Assembly (NCBI RefSeq): GCF_003428155.1 | Contig: NZ_QLIR01000005.1 | Coordinates: 30,001 to 62,000, forward strand | DNA length: 32,000 bases | Source: Fastidiosibacter lacustris | GTDB lineage: Bacteria; Pseudomonadota; Gammaproteobacteria; Francisellales; Francisellaceae | Reading direction: 5' to 3' | Shown: piece after piece, positions 1 to 9,986 of the stretch | Layout: each line of letters opens with the position of its first letter | Position numbering within the stretch: the first letter of the stretch is position 1 | Notes under the pieces: model-generated | Seen by the model: the letters and a program-made list of their open reading frames with translations, nothing else | Told to the model about the DNA's origin: nothing | Databases searched by the model: none | Translations under genes and position numbers: made by a program

Positions 1-70
1 GCGTTTAAGCTAAGTAAAGCTTTAATGGGTAAAAGGTGCAAAAGTAAAGTAAAAATGAAGGAAGGTTAGC

Positions 71-2476
71 TTGAGCTTGTCATTGAGAAGAACACTATTG
101 TTAACGATGCTGGGGCTTATCCCTTTTGCAGGTAGCTATGCGCAAAATAGCTTTGTTGTTAAGAAAATCGAAGTTGAGGGTCTAGAGCGCATTTCTAAAG
201 AAACGGTCATAAATGATCTAGGTATTCAAATAGGTGAAATGGTTGATAGTACTGAAACTAACAAAGTGATTAAATCGCTTTATGATAGTGGTTTTTTCAG
301 AGATATTCAATTGTATCAAGATGGTAACACACTTATCGTTAAATTGGTTGAGCGCCCAGCAATTAGTTCAGTTGATTTTGATGGTAATGACAAAATTAAA
401 AACGACGATATGCGTAAAGTATTACGTGAAGCAGGGCTAGATGTCGGTAATATTGCTAATCCTGAGGTTTTGTTTCAAGTCAGACAATCATTGCTTATGC
501 AGTATGCATTGATGGGTTATTATTCAACAACGGTAGACATTCAGGAAGTAAAAGAATCACGTAATCGTGTTGCAATTAAAATCAATATTGCAGAAGGTAA
601 AACTGCCACAGTGAGTCGAATTAATGTTATTGGCAATAAAGCTTATTCAGAAAGTGAGTTACTTAATAACATCACTTTTAAGACGCCATCTATTTGGAAT
701 TTATGGGGCTTATTTACTTCTAAAGCGGAGTATTCACCAGTTAATATGCAGTCTTCTGTTGAGGATTTGACGAACTATTACATGAATAATGGCTATCTTG
801 ATTTCCGAGTAAGCTCCAATCAAGCGTCATTGTCACCAAACAAAGAGAACGCATTTATTGCATTTGATATCAGTGAAGGTCAAATTTATAAAATATCTAA
901 AGTTTCCTTAGAAGGGCAATTTGTGATCTCAAAAGCAGAGCTTGAGAAACTTATAACCTTTAAAGCAGGTGATATATTTTCACGTCAGAAAGTGTTTGAT
1001 AGTGCAAAATCAATTACTCAAGCATTGGGAGATAAAGGGTATGCTTTTGCAAATGTTAATCCATTACCGAAAGTTGATAAAGAAAATAGGACTGTAGCTT
1101 TAACTTTTTATATTGATCCTGGTAAGAAAGTATATATTAATCAGATTAACTTTTTAGGTAATAACGTTACCAATGATTATGTTTATCGTCGCCAGATGCA
1201 GTATTTTGAATCAGGCGTTTATAATCAAAAAATGATTGATCAATCAAAGATTAAGTTGCAAAGGATGCCATTTGTACAAGACGTCACCGTTAACAAAGTC
1301 CCTGTTCCAGGCAGTGATGACCTTGTTAATATGAATTATGATATCACAGAGCGTAGTGCCAATTCGGTAAGTGCAAGCATTGGTTACTCACAATTATATA
1401 AGTTTATGATTGGCGGTAATTTGAGTTTGCCAAATATTCTAGGTACTGGTAATCAGTTTTCAATAGGTGCTAATCTATCTAGCGTTTATCAAAGCTTAAA
1501 TATGTCTTATACCGATCCATTTTTTACGCAATCAGGTGTGAGTCAGACTATTAGTACTTATCTATCACGGACAGATTATGATAATACATCTGTTGCGAGT
1601 TATCGTTTGAATCAATATGGAGCAAATTTAGGTTACAGTATTCCAACGTCAGCCTTTGACTCCATTAGTATAGGTGGTGGCGTTGATCATACTCAAGTAC
1701 TTCAACCTAGTGGTGGACAATCTAGTATTTTACAATGGTTCGTTAACCAAAATAGTGGCAAGACCTCGTTTAATACCTTTACTGTAAATTTGGGATGGAA
1801 TCATAACTCAACAAACCGTGCTTTCTTTCCAACAGAGGGCACTACCTTAGGAATTAATAGTACCACATCGCTACCAGGAATCAGTGATTTGCAATGGTAC
1901 AAAGTAATCGGATCAGCTGGATTTTTTCATCCATTAATTGGGGATTTCACTTTATCTGTTAAAGGTGGTCTTGGGTATGGTAATGGTTATGGTAAAACAG
2001 AATATTTGCCATTTTTCCAAAATTTCTATGCTGGAGGTTGGGGCTCTGTACGAGGATTTACTCAAGGTGGTATGGGACCTATGGATACCTATATTCCAAA
2101 TGGTGGAACAGTACAACAAGGTAACGCGATTGGTGGTAACTTAAATATTTATACCAATATCGATATTTTATTTCCTATCCCTGGAATTAAAGACAGTCAA
2201 AATATGCGTTTAGGTGTGTTTTTTGATGCGGGTAATGTCTACAATACTTATAGCATGCCTGTTTACAATGCTACGACTAATCCAAATGGACCATTATGGC
2301 CAGAGCCAACTTCACCTAATTCACCGACTTTTTCCAACTTGCGTTACTCAGTTGGTGTGGAGTTTCAGTGGTTGTCCCCACTTGGACCAATGGCATTTAG
2401 CGTGGCTAAACCGTTGAATACAAAACCAGGTGATTCAACACAAGTATTCCAGTTTACGCTTGGACAAACGTTTTAG
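71..2476 (+). CDS. bamA: Outer membrane protein assembly factor BamA
   Basis: The 801-aa ORF has an N-terminal signal peptide (LIPFAGSYA/QN) and repeated POTRA-like modules. Its C-terminal beta-barrel ends FQFTLGQTF, with the terminal aromatic typical of OMPs. The TTG start follows GAAGGAAGG, and skp lies immediately downstream. Confidence 0.9.
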   Translation: MSLSLRRTLLLTMLGLIPFAGSYAQNSFVVKKIEVEGLERISKETVINDLGIQIGEMVDSTETNKVIKSLYDSGFFRDIQLYQDGNTLIVKLVERPAISSVDFDGNDKIKNDDMRKVLREAGLDVGNIANPEVLFQVRQSLLMQYALMGYYSTTVDIQEVKESRNRVAIKINIAEGKTATVSRINVIGNKAYSESELLNNITFKTPSIWNLWGLFTSKAEYSPVNMQSSVEDLTNYYMNNGYLDFRVSSNQASLSPNKENAFIAFDISEGQIYKISKVSLEGQFVISKAELEKLITFKAGDIFSRQKVFDSAKSITQALGDKGYAFANVNPLPKVDKENRTVALTFYIDPGKKVYINQINFLGNNVTNDYVYRRQMQYFESGVYNQKMIDQSKIKLQRMPFVQDVTVNKVPVPGSDDLVNMNYDITERSANSVSASIGYSQLYKFMIGGNLSLPNILGTGNQFSIGANLSSVYQSLNMSYTDPFFTQSGVSQTISTYLSRTDYDNTSVASYRLNQYGANLGYSIPTSAFDSISIGGGVDHTQVLQPSGGQSSILQWFVNQNSGKTSFNTFTVNLGWNHNSTNRAFFPTEGTTLGINSTTSLPGISDLQWYKVIGSAGFFHPLIGDFTLSVKGGLGYGNGYGKTEYLPFFQNFYAGGWGSVRGFTQGGMGPMDTYIPNGGTVQQGNAIGGNLNIYTNIDILFPIPGIKDSQNMRLGVFFDAGNVYNTYSMPVYNATTNPNGPLWPEPTSPNSPTFSNLRYSVGVEFQWLSPLGPMAFSVAKPLNTKPGDSTQVFQFTLGQTF

Positions 2477-2511
2477 TAAATAGGTAAAAATGTTAATAAA
2501 GGAGTTTAATC

Positions 2512-3039
2512 ATGAAAAAACTAGCAATCGCATTTTTAAGTAGTGTTACGTTATGTGGAATGGCACAAGCGACCAAAACTGATACTAATGAGTTTAAAAT
2601 TGGCTTAGTGAATCCAGTTGAAGTTTATCAGTCGGTTCCACAAGGAGAAGAAAGTATTAAAGCTTTACAGACCAAACTTCAGCCTAAAGCAGGTGAATTA
2701 CAAAAGCAACAAGAAGATTTAATGCAAAAAATGCAAACTTTACAAACCAACGCACCGACTTTGACAAAATTAGACTTAGACAAGCAGCAAAAAGCACTTA
2801 CAGAAGATCAAGATAAGTTTAAGCAACAAGCATTAGCATTTAGGCAGAGCCAAATGCAACAAGAACAGCAAATTGCCCAAGCTTTTCAAACGGGTTTTAA
2901 TACAGCAGTAGAAACTGTTGCAAAATCTGGAAAATACAGCTTAATTTTAAGCTCACAAGCAGTGGCTTATGCTTCACCTGATTTAAAAGTAGATATTACT
3001 GATCAAGTTGTAGTGCAAATGAAGCAGGCAATAGAATAA
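2512..3039 (+). CDS. skp: Periplasmic chaperone Skp (OmpH family)
   Basis: The 175-aa ORF has a signal peptide (…LCGMAQA) and a Q/K-rich coiled-coil body. AAAGGAG lies upstream of the ATG, and the position directly after bamA is conserved. Confidence 0.8.
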   Translation: MKKLAIAFLSSVTLCGMAQATKTDTNEFKIGLVNPVEVYQSVPQGEESIKALQTKLQPKAGELQKQQEDLMQKMQTLQTNAPTLTKLDLDKQQKALTEDQDKFKQQALAFRQSQMQQEQQIAQAFQTGFNTAVETVAKSGKYSLILSSQAVAYASPDLKVDITDQVVVQMKQAIE

Positions 3040-3081
3040 TGAAATAACGCTGTGCTCACTTAATCTAATAAGGGATTAAAT

Positions 3082-3684
3082 ATGGCAGTATTAAATTGGT
3101 TAGATTGGATTTTTATTATTATCGTATTTTGCTTTGCGGTAATTGGTTTTTCGCAAGGCTTTATTCGCGGGCTTATTTCGTTACTGACATGGTTAGTAGC
3201 AGCTATATCGGCATATTTTTTTGCCAATATATTGAGTGTAAGCGTTATCAGTAATTGGTTTAACTCACCTGAAGTAGCATTTTGGTTGTCTTTTTTTGCA
3301 ATTGTATTATTTGTTTGGATTCTAGGTGGTATAGTTCATATTATATTTGGAGTTTTTCGTAAAAATACACAAACTATCACTGATAGACTGTTGGGTTTTT
3401 TGTTTGGTATTGTCAAATCCACATTGGTTTTAAGCTTGATTATTGGTGTTCTAAGTTATAATAAAGCTTTAACTGAAGGGAAAGTTTGGCAAGATTCCTT
3501 ATTTGTATCTTGGTTAGTCAAGGGGGCAGTTTGGGTGGATCATAAATTACCAGAAGATGTACGCCAAAAGATTCATGACAACAGTATTTATAAAGGTAAT
3601 AGCAAAGAAAGATCTCTTTCCTTAGGGCAAGATAAATCAAATAACTATGAAAAAAGAGAAAAAGAATTTGATACAATTGGTTGA
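3082..3684 (+). CDS. cvpA: CvpA-family inner membrane protein with a charged C-terminal tail
   Basis: Four predicted TM helices are present, and the N-terminus LNWLDWIFIIIV..GFSQGFIRGLISL resembles the colicin V production protein family. Confidence 0.7.
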   Translation: MAVLNWLDWIFIIIVFCFAVIGFSQGFIRGLISLLTWLVAAISAYFFANILSVSVISNWFNSPEVAFWLSFFAIVLFVWILGGIVHIIFGVFRKNTQTITDRLLGFLFGIVKSTLVLSLIIGVLSYNKALTEGKVWQDSLFVSWLVKGAVWVDHKLPEDVRQKIHDNSIYKGNSKERSLSLGQDKSNNYEKREKEFDTIG

Positions 3685-3691
3685 TTTTTAT

Positions 3692-3878
3692 AGTGCTACC
3701 CATAGCTGCCGCTGCTTACATGGCTCTTGAACCCTCAAGAACCAGGTGGGTGCGTTCGCTTATTCGTTGGGCTTCTCAGTCAAACTGAGCATGCACGCTA
3801 AAATAGGCATATACGCTCCCGATACGTTATGCATCGGCTCAAGAATGTAAAGACTGGCTAACAGCACAGGCAACACTA
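3692..3878 (-). ncRNA. ssrS: 6S RNA (SsrS)
   Basis: The minus-strand sequence contains blocks matching E. coli 6S RNA as I remember it. These are GCCAGUC..UUGAGCCGAU, GUGCAUGCUCAGUUUGACUGAGAAGCC and GGGUUCAAGAGCC..GCAGCGGCAGCUAUGGGUAGCAC. The 5' GUGUUGCCUGUGCUGUUAGCC pairs, with G-U wobbles, to the 3' GCC..UAAGCAGCGGCAG..GGUAGCAC to form the closing stem. Local GC is higher than in the flanks, and the position next to ygfB matches enterobacterial synteny. The ends are approximate to within about 5 nt. Confidence 0.8.
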
Positions 3879-3891
3879 AACTTTCACTTAA

Positions 3892-3920
3892 ATCATAGAA
3901 GCATAATTGCTCAAGCGCAA
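3892..3920 (-). promoter_or_regulatory. Putative sigma70 promoter of ssrS
   Basis: On the minus strand the sequence reads TTGCGC, a 17-nt spacer, then TATGAT. This sits about 8-12 nt upstream of the predicted 6S 5' end. Confidence 0.35.
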
Positions 3921-3993
3921 GCGATTTATTGTAAAAAAATGCGGATAAAAACAAGCGACAATGATACGATAAGCACATATTTATTTTGATGAT

Positions 3994-4575
3994 TTGAAAA
4001 CAATAATGGAAATAATGAAAAATGAACAATTACCCAGTTATCAAGCGGTGACAGATGCTTTAAGAAAAATCAAAGCCTTATCCGAGGCATCAGAAGCACA
4101 TGCTCTACTATGCGCACTTTTTACTGTAGGTGCTGAAGTACGCATTCAAGCCTGGATGGATTCATTAATGGCAGAACCTATTGAATCGGGTGATATCATG
4201 GCGCAAGCAGCACTCAAAACACTGAGTCAGATGTACCAAGTGACAAAGGCTCAATTTTTATCACATAACATCCATTTTGATTTGTTATTACCTATTGATG
4301 AAGAGGTATTTTATAAGCGTATCGATGCCTTGGCAATGTGGTGTCAAGGTTATTTATCAGGTTTGGGATTGATAGAATTAGACTACACAAAGGGTTCAGC
4401 TGAAGTACAAGAAGCAATTTCTGATTTATTGGATGTGTCTCGTTTGCAATATGATGATGAAGTAACAGGTCAAGAAGATGAAGAGAAAGCTTATGTTGAG
4501 CTTGTTGAATATACCAAAGTGGCTGTATTATTGATCCATAGTGAATTTGGCTTAAAATCCTTTAATAATTTCTGA
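3994..4575 (+). CDS. ygfB: UPF0149 family protein (YgfB-like)
   Basis: The sequence is collinear with E. coli YgfB as remembered, including an acidic C-terminal third (DDEVTGQEDEEKAYVELVEYTKVAVLL). It lies upstream of ubiH as in enterics. The start is uncertain: TTG at 3994, or ATG at 4006 or 4015. Confidence 0.65.
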   Translation: MKTIMEIMKNEQLPSYQAVTDALRKIKALSEASEAHALLCALFTVGAEVRIQAWMDSLMAEPIESGDIMAQAALKTLSQMYQVTKAQFLSHNIHFDLLLPIDEEVFYKRIDALAMWCQGYLSGLGLIELDYTKGSAEVQEAISDLLDVSRLQYDDEVTGQEDEEKAYVELVEYTKVAVLLIHSEFGLKSFNNF

Positions 4576-4582
4576 TAGATTT

Positions 4583-5797
4583 ATGAATATTAAACATAAA
4601 AATCTAGTCATTGTGGGTGGTGGTGCAGTTGGTATGTTAATGGCATTAGCCTTAGCAAAGTTAGGTAGAGAAATTACTTTAATAGAAAAATTACCTAGTT
4701 GTGATGACAATTGTGTCGATGGTCGTTCAATTGCATTATCTTATACATCGATTTGTATGCTAGAGAGTCTTGGTGTGTGGGCGAGAATAAAACATGAAAT
4801 AGAGAAGATTGAACACATTCACGTTTCGGATAAAGGTCTATATGGACAAGTGAATTTATCTGCTAAAGACGAGGGATTGCCTTTTTTAGGTGTGGTTATA
4901 AAAATGCAGCATGTATTGCCTAAGCTGATTGATGCTTTATCAGTACATAAAAATATTGAACTATGGTCAAATGCAAAAGTGATTGACCTTATGGATTGTA
5001 ACGGTCAATATACCTTAATACTTAAATCAAAAGATGATATTTATAGTCTACATGCAGATCTGATTATCGCCGCTGATGGCGCAAAATCACTACTGCGGGA
5101 AAAAATGGCAATTGATAGTTATATACACGATTATGGGCAATCTGCCTTGATTTTTGATGTTTTATTACACAAGAACCACCAAAATTGTGCTTATGAGCGT
5201 TTTATTAATAATGGGGTGATGGCAATGTTGCCCGTTGGTCAAAAACGCGTTGCTTGCGTGTGGAGTGTAGCGCATCAAGCAGTATCTCAATTACGAGCAA
5301 TGGATAAAAGCGATTTATTAAAAATGCTTCAGCAAATTTTCTCATATCGCTTAGGGCGTTTTCTTGATATCACAAACATGCATAGCTTTCCATTATCTTT
5401 AGTTCAAGCAAAGACGTTGTATAAAAAAAATATTCTACTATTTGGTAACGCATCACATTTTTTGCATCCAATTTCAGGGCAGGGTTTGAATTTGAGTATA
5501 CGCGATATTGGGGTGTTACATGATCTAATGTTAGATAAGGAAAAACTCACTTCAGCAGTCGTTGCAAACTTGTTAGAAACTTATACAAGCCTTCGGGATT
5601 TTGATCACAAGCGCACAGTATGGGTGACGCATTCAATGATTAATATTTTTACCCAACAGCAGTGGGGGATAAAAAAACTAAGAAGTCTTGCACTTCATTG
5701 CTTAGAGCGTGATAAATTTCTAAAGGCAGCATTTAGTGAGCTTATGATGGGTAAGCTAAGTTATGGTTCAACTTTAATGCAACATAAGGTTTATTAA
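4583..5797 (+). CDS. ubiH: FAD-dependent ubiquinone biosynthesis hydroxylase (UbiH type)
   Basis: The ORF carries the GxGxxG motif (VGGGAVGMLMA), the ADGAKSLLRE motif and GNASHFLHPISGQGLNLSIRD. The ygfB-ubiH-ubiF/I order is conserved. Confidence 0.75.
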   Translation: MNIKHKNLVIVGGGAVGMLMALALAKLGREITLIEKLPSCDDNCVDGRSIALSYTSICMLESLGVWARIKHEIEKIEHIHVSDKGLYGQVNLSAKDEGLPFLGVVIKMQHVLPKLIDALSVHKNIELWSNAKVIDLMDCNGQYTLILKSKDDIYSLHADLIIAADGAKSLLREKMAIDSYIHDYGQSALIFDVLLHKNHQNCAYERFINNGVMAMLPVGQKRVACVWSVAHQAVSQLRAMDKSDLLKMLQQIFSYRLGRFLDITNMHSFPLSLVQAKTLYKKNILLFGNASHFLHPISGQGLNLSIRDIGVLHDLMLDKEKLTSAVVANLLETYTSLRDFDHKRTVWVTHSMINIFTQQQWGIKKLRSLALHCLERDKFLKAAFSELMMGKLSYGSTLMQHKVY

Positions 5798-6975
5798 TGC
5801 AATATGATGTTATTGTTATTGGTGGAGGGATGGCAGGACTTGCTTGTGCTTTAGGTTTAAGCCATAAAGGTTTCTCGGTAGTCGTTTTGGATGCCAAGAA
5901 AATCGCGTGTCAAATATATCTTGCCCAACAACCTAAACGAGTTAGCGCGATCAACCATGCCTCAGAGGAATTTTTAACTCAATTGGGGGTGTGGCAAGAG
6001 ATTATCCAAACTCGGGCACAACCCTATGTAGCAATGCAAGTATGGGATCAACACTCATCTGCACAGTTAAATTTACAAGCCCATGCGTTTTCACAGCCAA
6101 ATTTAGGTATGATCGTTGAAAATGATTTAATTTTATCTACGCTTAGATCCGCATTACTTAAAACCAATGTTGAAATATTTGAAGAGATAAGAATTAAAGA
6201 AATAAGTAAAGCGACATCCCAAGGCCAAAATAATATTCTTTTAGAAAATGGCAAAACACTTCAATGTAAGCTTATTATTGGTGCTGATGGAGCTAATTCA
6301 TTTGTACGAGACTATTTCCAGTTTCAATATAAAAAAACTTCTTATGAGCACCATGCAATTGTTGCCAATATTAAAACGCAAAAATCACATCAAAGCACAG
6401 CATATCAGCGATTCTTAAGCAATGGCGTTTTAGCTTTTTTGCCCTTGAGTGATCCATATTTATGTTCGATTGTTTATTCAATTCAAAGCAATAAACTCAA
6501 TGATATTTTGACACTTAGTGAAATAGAGTTTAGCAAGCATTTGTTTGTTGCATCCGAGGCAAAACTAGGGCAAATTGAACTTAAAAGTCCCAGGATGAGT
6601 TTTGAGCTTATCGAACGTCACGTTGATTGTTATTATCAAAAAGCTATTGTTGTAATTGCTGATGCAGCTCATACAATTCATCCTTTAGCAGGGCAAGGAA
6701 TTAACCTTGGTTTTGCTGATGCTAATGTATTGATTGAGGTATTAGCTCATGCAAAAGCTATTCATCGTGACATTGCAGATGTTAGCACTTTGGCGAAATA
6801 TGAGCGTAAAAGACGTGTTAAGAATCAAACCATGCTTCATACAGTACAAGGTTTAAAGCAGCTATTTTGTAATGATAACAGGTTATTAAAACCCTTGCGT
6901 GCACTGGGAATGAACTTTGTTAATGACACCTATTTATTAAAGCGATTTTTTATCGAAAAAGCAGCAGGTCATTAG
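5797..6975 (+). CDS. FAD-dependent ubiquinone hydroxylase paralog (UbiF/UbiI/VisC type)
   Basis: Motifs present are IGGGMAGLACA, GADGANSFVRD and ADAAHTIHPLAGQGINLGFAD. Its start overlaps the ubiH stop (TAATG). Confidence 0.75.
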   Translation: MQYDVIVIGGGMAGLACALGLSHKGFSVVVLDAKKIACQIYLAQQPKRVSAINHASEEFLTQLGVWQEIIQTRAQPYVAMQVWDQHSSAQLNLQAHAFSQPNLGMIVENDLILSTLRSALLKTNVEIFEEIRIKEISKATSQGQNNILLENGKTLQCKLIIGADGANSFVRDYFQFQYKKTSYEHHAIVANIKTQKSHQSTAYQRFLSNGVLAFLPLSDPYLCSIVYSIQSNKLNDILTLSEIEFSKHLFVASEAKLGQIELKSPRMSFELIERHVDCYYQKAIVVIADAAHTIHPLAGQGINLGFADANVLIEVLAHAKAIHRDIADVSTLAKYERKRRVKNQTMLHTVQGLKQLFCNDNRLLKPLRALGMNFVNDTYLLKRFFIEKAAGH

Positions 6976-7066
6976 TCGTTTCTAGATTTTCATACTTAAT
7001 ATGAAACTAAGTACAAATAAAAGAATATAACTCATGTGATAAACGGTTAAAATAAATATATTTTAT

Positions 7067-8080
7067 ATGAAAACAGATATTTTTGATTATGATTTACCGG
7101 AAAAGCTAATAGCTCGTTACCCAGCAAAAGAGCGTGATCAGAGCAGGCTTTTGGTACTTGATCGACAGACAGGTCAGCTAAGTAATCACATATTCACTGA
7201 GATTATTCATTATATTGAAGCAGGTGATTTAGTTGTTTTTAATAATTCTCGAGTGATGGCAGCACGCTTGTTTGGTCAAAAGTCAACAGGTGCTAAACTT
7301 GAATTTTTAATTGAAAAAATAATAGATGATCAAATTTTTATCTCTCATATCCGTGCCAATAAAGCACTTAAGATAGGATCCGAAATTTTGATCGCAGATG
7401 TACCAGCTCAGGTACTGAACAAGCAAAATGGACTTTATATGCTTAAGCTTCACGATAGTGATGTGTGGCAGTTAATGAATCTGCATGGTCATATACCATT
7501 GCCTCCTTATATGAAGCGCCAAGATGAAAGTTTTGATGCTGAGCGTTATCAAACGGTTTATAGTAAATTGTTAGGCTCAGTAGCAGCACCTACGGCAGGA
7601 CTTCATTTCACACAAGCTTTATTAAAAGCGATCAGAGAAAAGGGCGCTGAAACTGCTTATGTAACGTTACATGTGGGTTCAGGCACATTTAAGCCCATTC
7701 AAGCTGAAAACATCTATGAACATGTTATGCATAGTGAGTTAATCAATGTACCATCATCAATATGTGAGCTTGTCAGAAAGACAAAGGCCAATGGTAAGCG
7801 TGTCATTGCAGTGGGAACAACTTCAGTGCGTTCATTAGAATCAGCAGCTCAATCAGGCGAAATAAAGCCATTTTATGGTGAGAGTGATATTTTTATATAC
7901 CCTGGCAAAAACTTTCATGTTGTAGATGCTATGGTGACGAATTTTCATTTACCAAAATCAACCTTAATTATGTTAGTGAGTGCTTTTGCTTCTACCGATA
8001 TGATAAAACAGGCCTATCGCCATGCAATAGATGACAATTATCACTTTTATAGTTATGGTGATGCTATGTTTATTTATTGA
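7067..8080 (+). CDS. queA: S-adenosylmethionine:tRNA ribosyltransferase-isomerase
   Basis: The N-terminus FDYDLPEKLIARYP..R..SRLLVL and full-length collinearity at 337 aa match QueA. Confidence 0.9.
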   Translation: MKTDIFDYDLPEKLIARYPAKERDQSRLLVLDRQTGQLSNHIFTEIIHYIEAGDLVVFNNSRVMAARLFGQKSTGAKLEFLIEKIIDDQIFISHIRANKALKIGSEILIADVPAQVLNKQNGLYMLKLHDSDVWQLMNLHGHIPLPPYMKRQDESFDAERYQTVYSKLLGSVAAPTAGLHFTQALLKAIREKGAETAYVTLHVGSGTFKPIQAENIYEHVMHSELINVPSSICELVRKTKANGKRVIAVGTTSVRSLESAAQSGEIKPFYGESDIFIYPGKNFHVVDAMVTNFHLPKSTLIMLVSAFASTDMIKQAYRHAIDDNYHFYSYGDAMFIY

Positions 8081-8090
8081 TAGTAAATTC

Positions 8091-8597
8091 ATGGAAAGCA
8101 GAAAAATTCAGGTTTTTTCATTTATGGTGTCATTTGGGTTGATAGCTAGTTTGTTTGCTGAAACTCTACCTGAAACGACAATATCGTCTAAAAATGAGCA
8201 TATTATTAGTGATAGCACACAAAGCCATGCTCAAATGCAAGTGATCTCGGCAGGTGACGAATCTTTATCTCTTGATCAACAACTAAGAGGTGTAAAAGCA
8301 CCACAAGTGATTATGCCAGAAAATCCTGTTGCAATAGCGTATAAAGCACAGATAAATTATCCTGTTATGGTTGGTAATGAAAGTCAAATAGAGGCGATTC
8401 AATCCGAGTTATATAATATGTTTTTAAAGGTCGATCAAAACGCACATAATTTATCAAAGCCCGAACAATACATATTTTATCTATTATATAAGCAAGCACA
8501 GCAGAATCAGCTTATATTAGAGCAGAATAATAAAATGATTTTATCGTTAGAGAAAATAAGTCTTCAAAATGAAGTGTTGCTTAACAAAGAAAAATAA
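8091..8597 (+). CDS. Hypothetical secreted protein
   Basis: The track ORF was trimmed to Met21 so that it no longer overlaps queA. The protein has a signal-peptide-like N-terminus (MESRKIQVFSFMVSFGLIASLFA) and a Q/N/L-rich, coiled-coil-like C-terminus. I recognise no family. Confidence 0.45.
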   Translation: MESRKIQVFSFMVSFGLIASLFAETLPETTISSKNEHIISDSTQSHAQMQVISAGDESLSLDQQLRGVKAPQVIMPENPVAIAYKAQINYPVMVGNESQIEAIQSELYNMFLKVDQNAHNLSKPEQYIFYLLYKQAQQNQLILEQNNKMILSLEKISLQNEVLLNKEK

Positions 8598-8619
8598 CAT
8601 GTAACTAGACTAGTGTTAT

Positions 8620-9873
8620 TTAGAGCCTTTTAAACACAAGCGTACCATTTGTGCCACCAAAACCAAATGAATTCGACATTGCAATATCAATTTTCATTTG
8701 TTTTGCTTCATGTGCAGCATAGTCTAAGTTACAACCTTCATCGACGTTATCTAGGTTAATAGTTGGAGGTGCAACTTGATCACGAATTGCAAGTAATGAG
8801 AAAATCGCTTCAATAGCACCAGCAGCCCCAAGCATGTGACCTGTCATCGACTTGGTGGAACTCATAACGATATTTTTAGCGTGATTTCCCATTAACTTTT
8901 CAACTGCCTGGCTTTCTTTAACATCTCCTGCAGGTGTTGAAGTGCCGTGGGCATTGATATATTGCACTTGATCTAGATTGATTTGCGCATCCTCTAATGC
9001 AAGCTTCATACATTCATAGCCGCCTTCACCACTAGTGTTGGTAATGTGGAAAGCATCTGCATTCATGCCAAATCCAATAAGTTCGCCATATATTTTAGCA
9101 CCTCTTTTTTTGGCATGTTCATATTCTTCTAAGACCACAGCTGCGGCACCATTAGACAGCACAAAACCATCACGATCCTTATCCCAAGGGCGAGAAGCAG
9201 CTTTAGGATTGTCGTTACGAGTAGAAAGTGCACGTGCTGCGGCGAATCCACCTATCCCGATTGCTGTATTCGCCTTATCTGCGCCACCTGCGATCATTAC
9301 ATCGGCATCACCATAAGCAATCATGCGTGCTGCAATACCAATGTTATGTGTGCCTGTCGTACATGCAGTGACAATTGCAGTATTAGGACCACGTAAATTA
9401 TGTTTGATTGAGAAATTACCAGAGATCAAGTTGATGATAGTAGCTGGAATACAAAATGGAGAAATTCGGCTTGGACCTTTTTGATCAATAATAACACGAG
9501 TTTCTTCTAGCGTCCCAATACCACCTATACCAGAGGACATCGAAATACCAATTCGGCGGCAATTTTCATCGGTAACGGTTATACTCGCATCTTGCCAAGC
9601 TTCTTCAGCTGCAACAAGACCGTATTGCATGAAAGGATCGTACTTTTTAAGCTCTTTTTTGTCTAAGTGTTGTAAAGGATCAAAGTTTTTGATTGTCCCA
9701 CCAATGGTGACCTTGAATTCTGAAATGGATGGACCGCTTTCAAGGTCAAATTCAGGCAGTTTATCAATTCCACTTTGTCCTTTTAAGATCGCATCCCAAG
9801 TACTTTTAACATCATTACCCAGTGGACTTATTGCCCCCATTCCAGTAATAACAACACGTCTTGCTGATTTCAT
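8620..9873 (-). CDS. fabF: 3-oxoacyl-ACP synthase II
   Basis: KAS II catalytic context is present: ACTTGTH (Cys), NAHGTSTP (His) and KSMTGHMLGAAG (His). The gene lies downstream of acpP. Confidence 0.9.
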   Translation of the reverse strand: MKSARRVVITGMGAISPLGNDVKSTWDAILKGQSGIDKLPEFDLESGPSISEFKVTIGGTIKNFDPLQHLDKKELKKYDPFMQYGLVAAEEAWQDASITVTDENCRRIGISMSSGIGGIGTLEETRVIIDQKGPSRISPFCIPATIINLISGNFSIKHNLRGPNTAIVTACTTGTHNIGIAARMIAYGDADVMIAGGADKANTAIGIGGFAAARALSTRNDNPKAASRPWDKDRDGFVLSNGAAAVVLEEYEHAKKRGAKIYGELIGFGMNADAFHITNTSGEGGYECMKLALEDAQINLDQVQYINAHGTSTPAGDVKESQAVEKLMGNHAKNIVMSSTKSMTGHMLGAAGAIEAIFSLLAIRDQVAPPTINLDNVDEGCNLDYAAHEAKQMKIDIAMSNSFGFGGTNGTLVFKRL

Positions 9874-9911
9874 AACTCATCTATCCAAGTTTCGTAGTTA
9901 TACAAAGTATA

Positions 9912-9952
9912 CAAACAAAAAAATCAGCATTACTCTTGCGATTAATGCTGAT
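9912..9952 (-). terminator. Rho-independent terminator/attenuator between acpP and fabF
   Basis: A perfect 10-bp stem forms between ATCAGCATTA (9923-9932) and TAATGCTGAT (9943-9952) with a 10-nt loop. On the minus strand it is followed by a T-rich run (TTTTTTTGTTTGT). Confidence 0.6.
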
Positions 9953-9986
9953 TTATCGTCAATGCATTAGCTTATGAATAAGCCTT

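Noticed and set aside
3760-4029. 89-aa minus-strand ORF in the cvpA-ygfB intergenic region
   Set aside because: It overlaps the 6S RNA and its promoter region. The peptide is hydrophobic and low in complexity, and no RBS is present.
8031-8090. 5' extension of the 188-aa ORF overlapping the queA 3' end
   Set aside because: The internal Met at 8091 starts a signal peptide just after the queA stop, so the overlap is unnecessary.
8592-8621. AAATAACA/TGTTATTT hairpin between the convergent hypothetical gene and fabF as a bidirectional terminator
   Set aside because: The stem is 8 bp of mostly A-T pairs with a 14-nt loop, overlaps both stop codons and has no clear U-tract. It is too weak to call.
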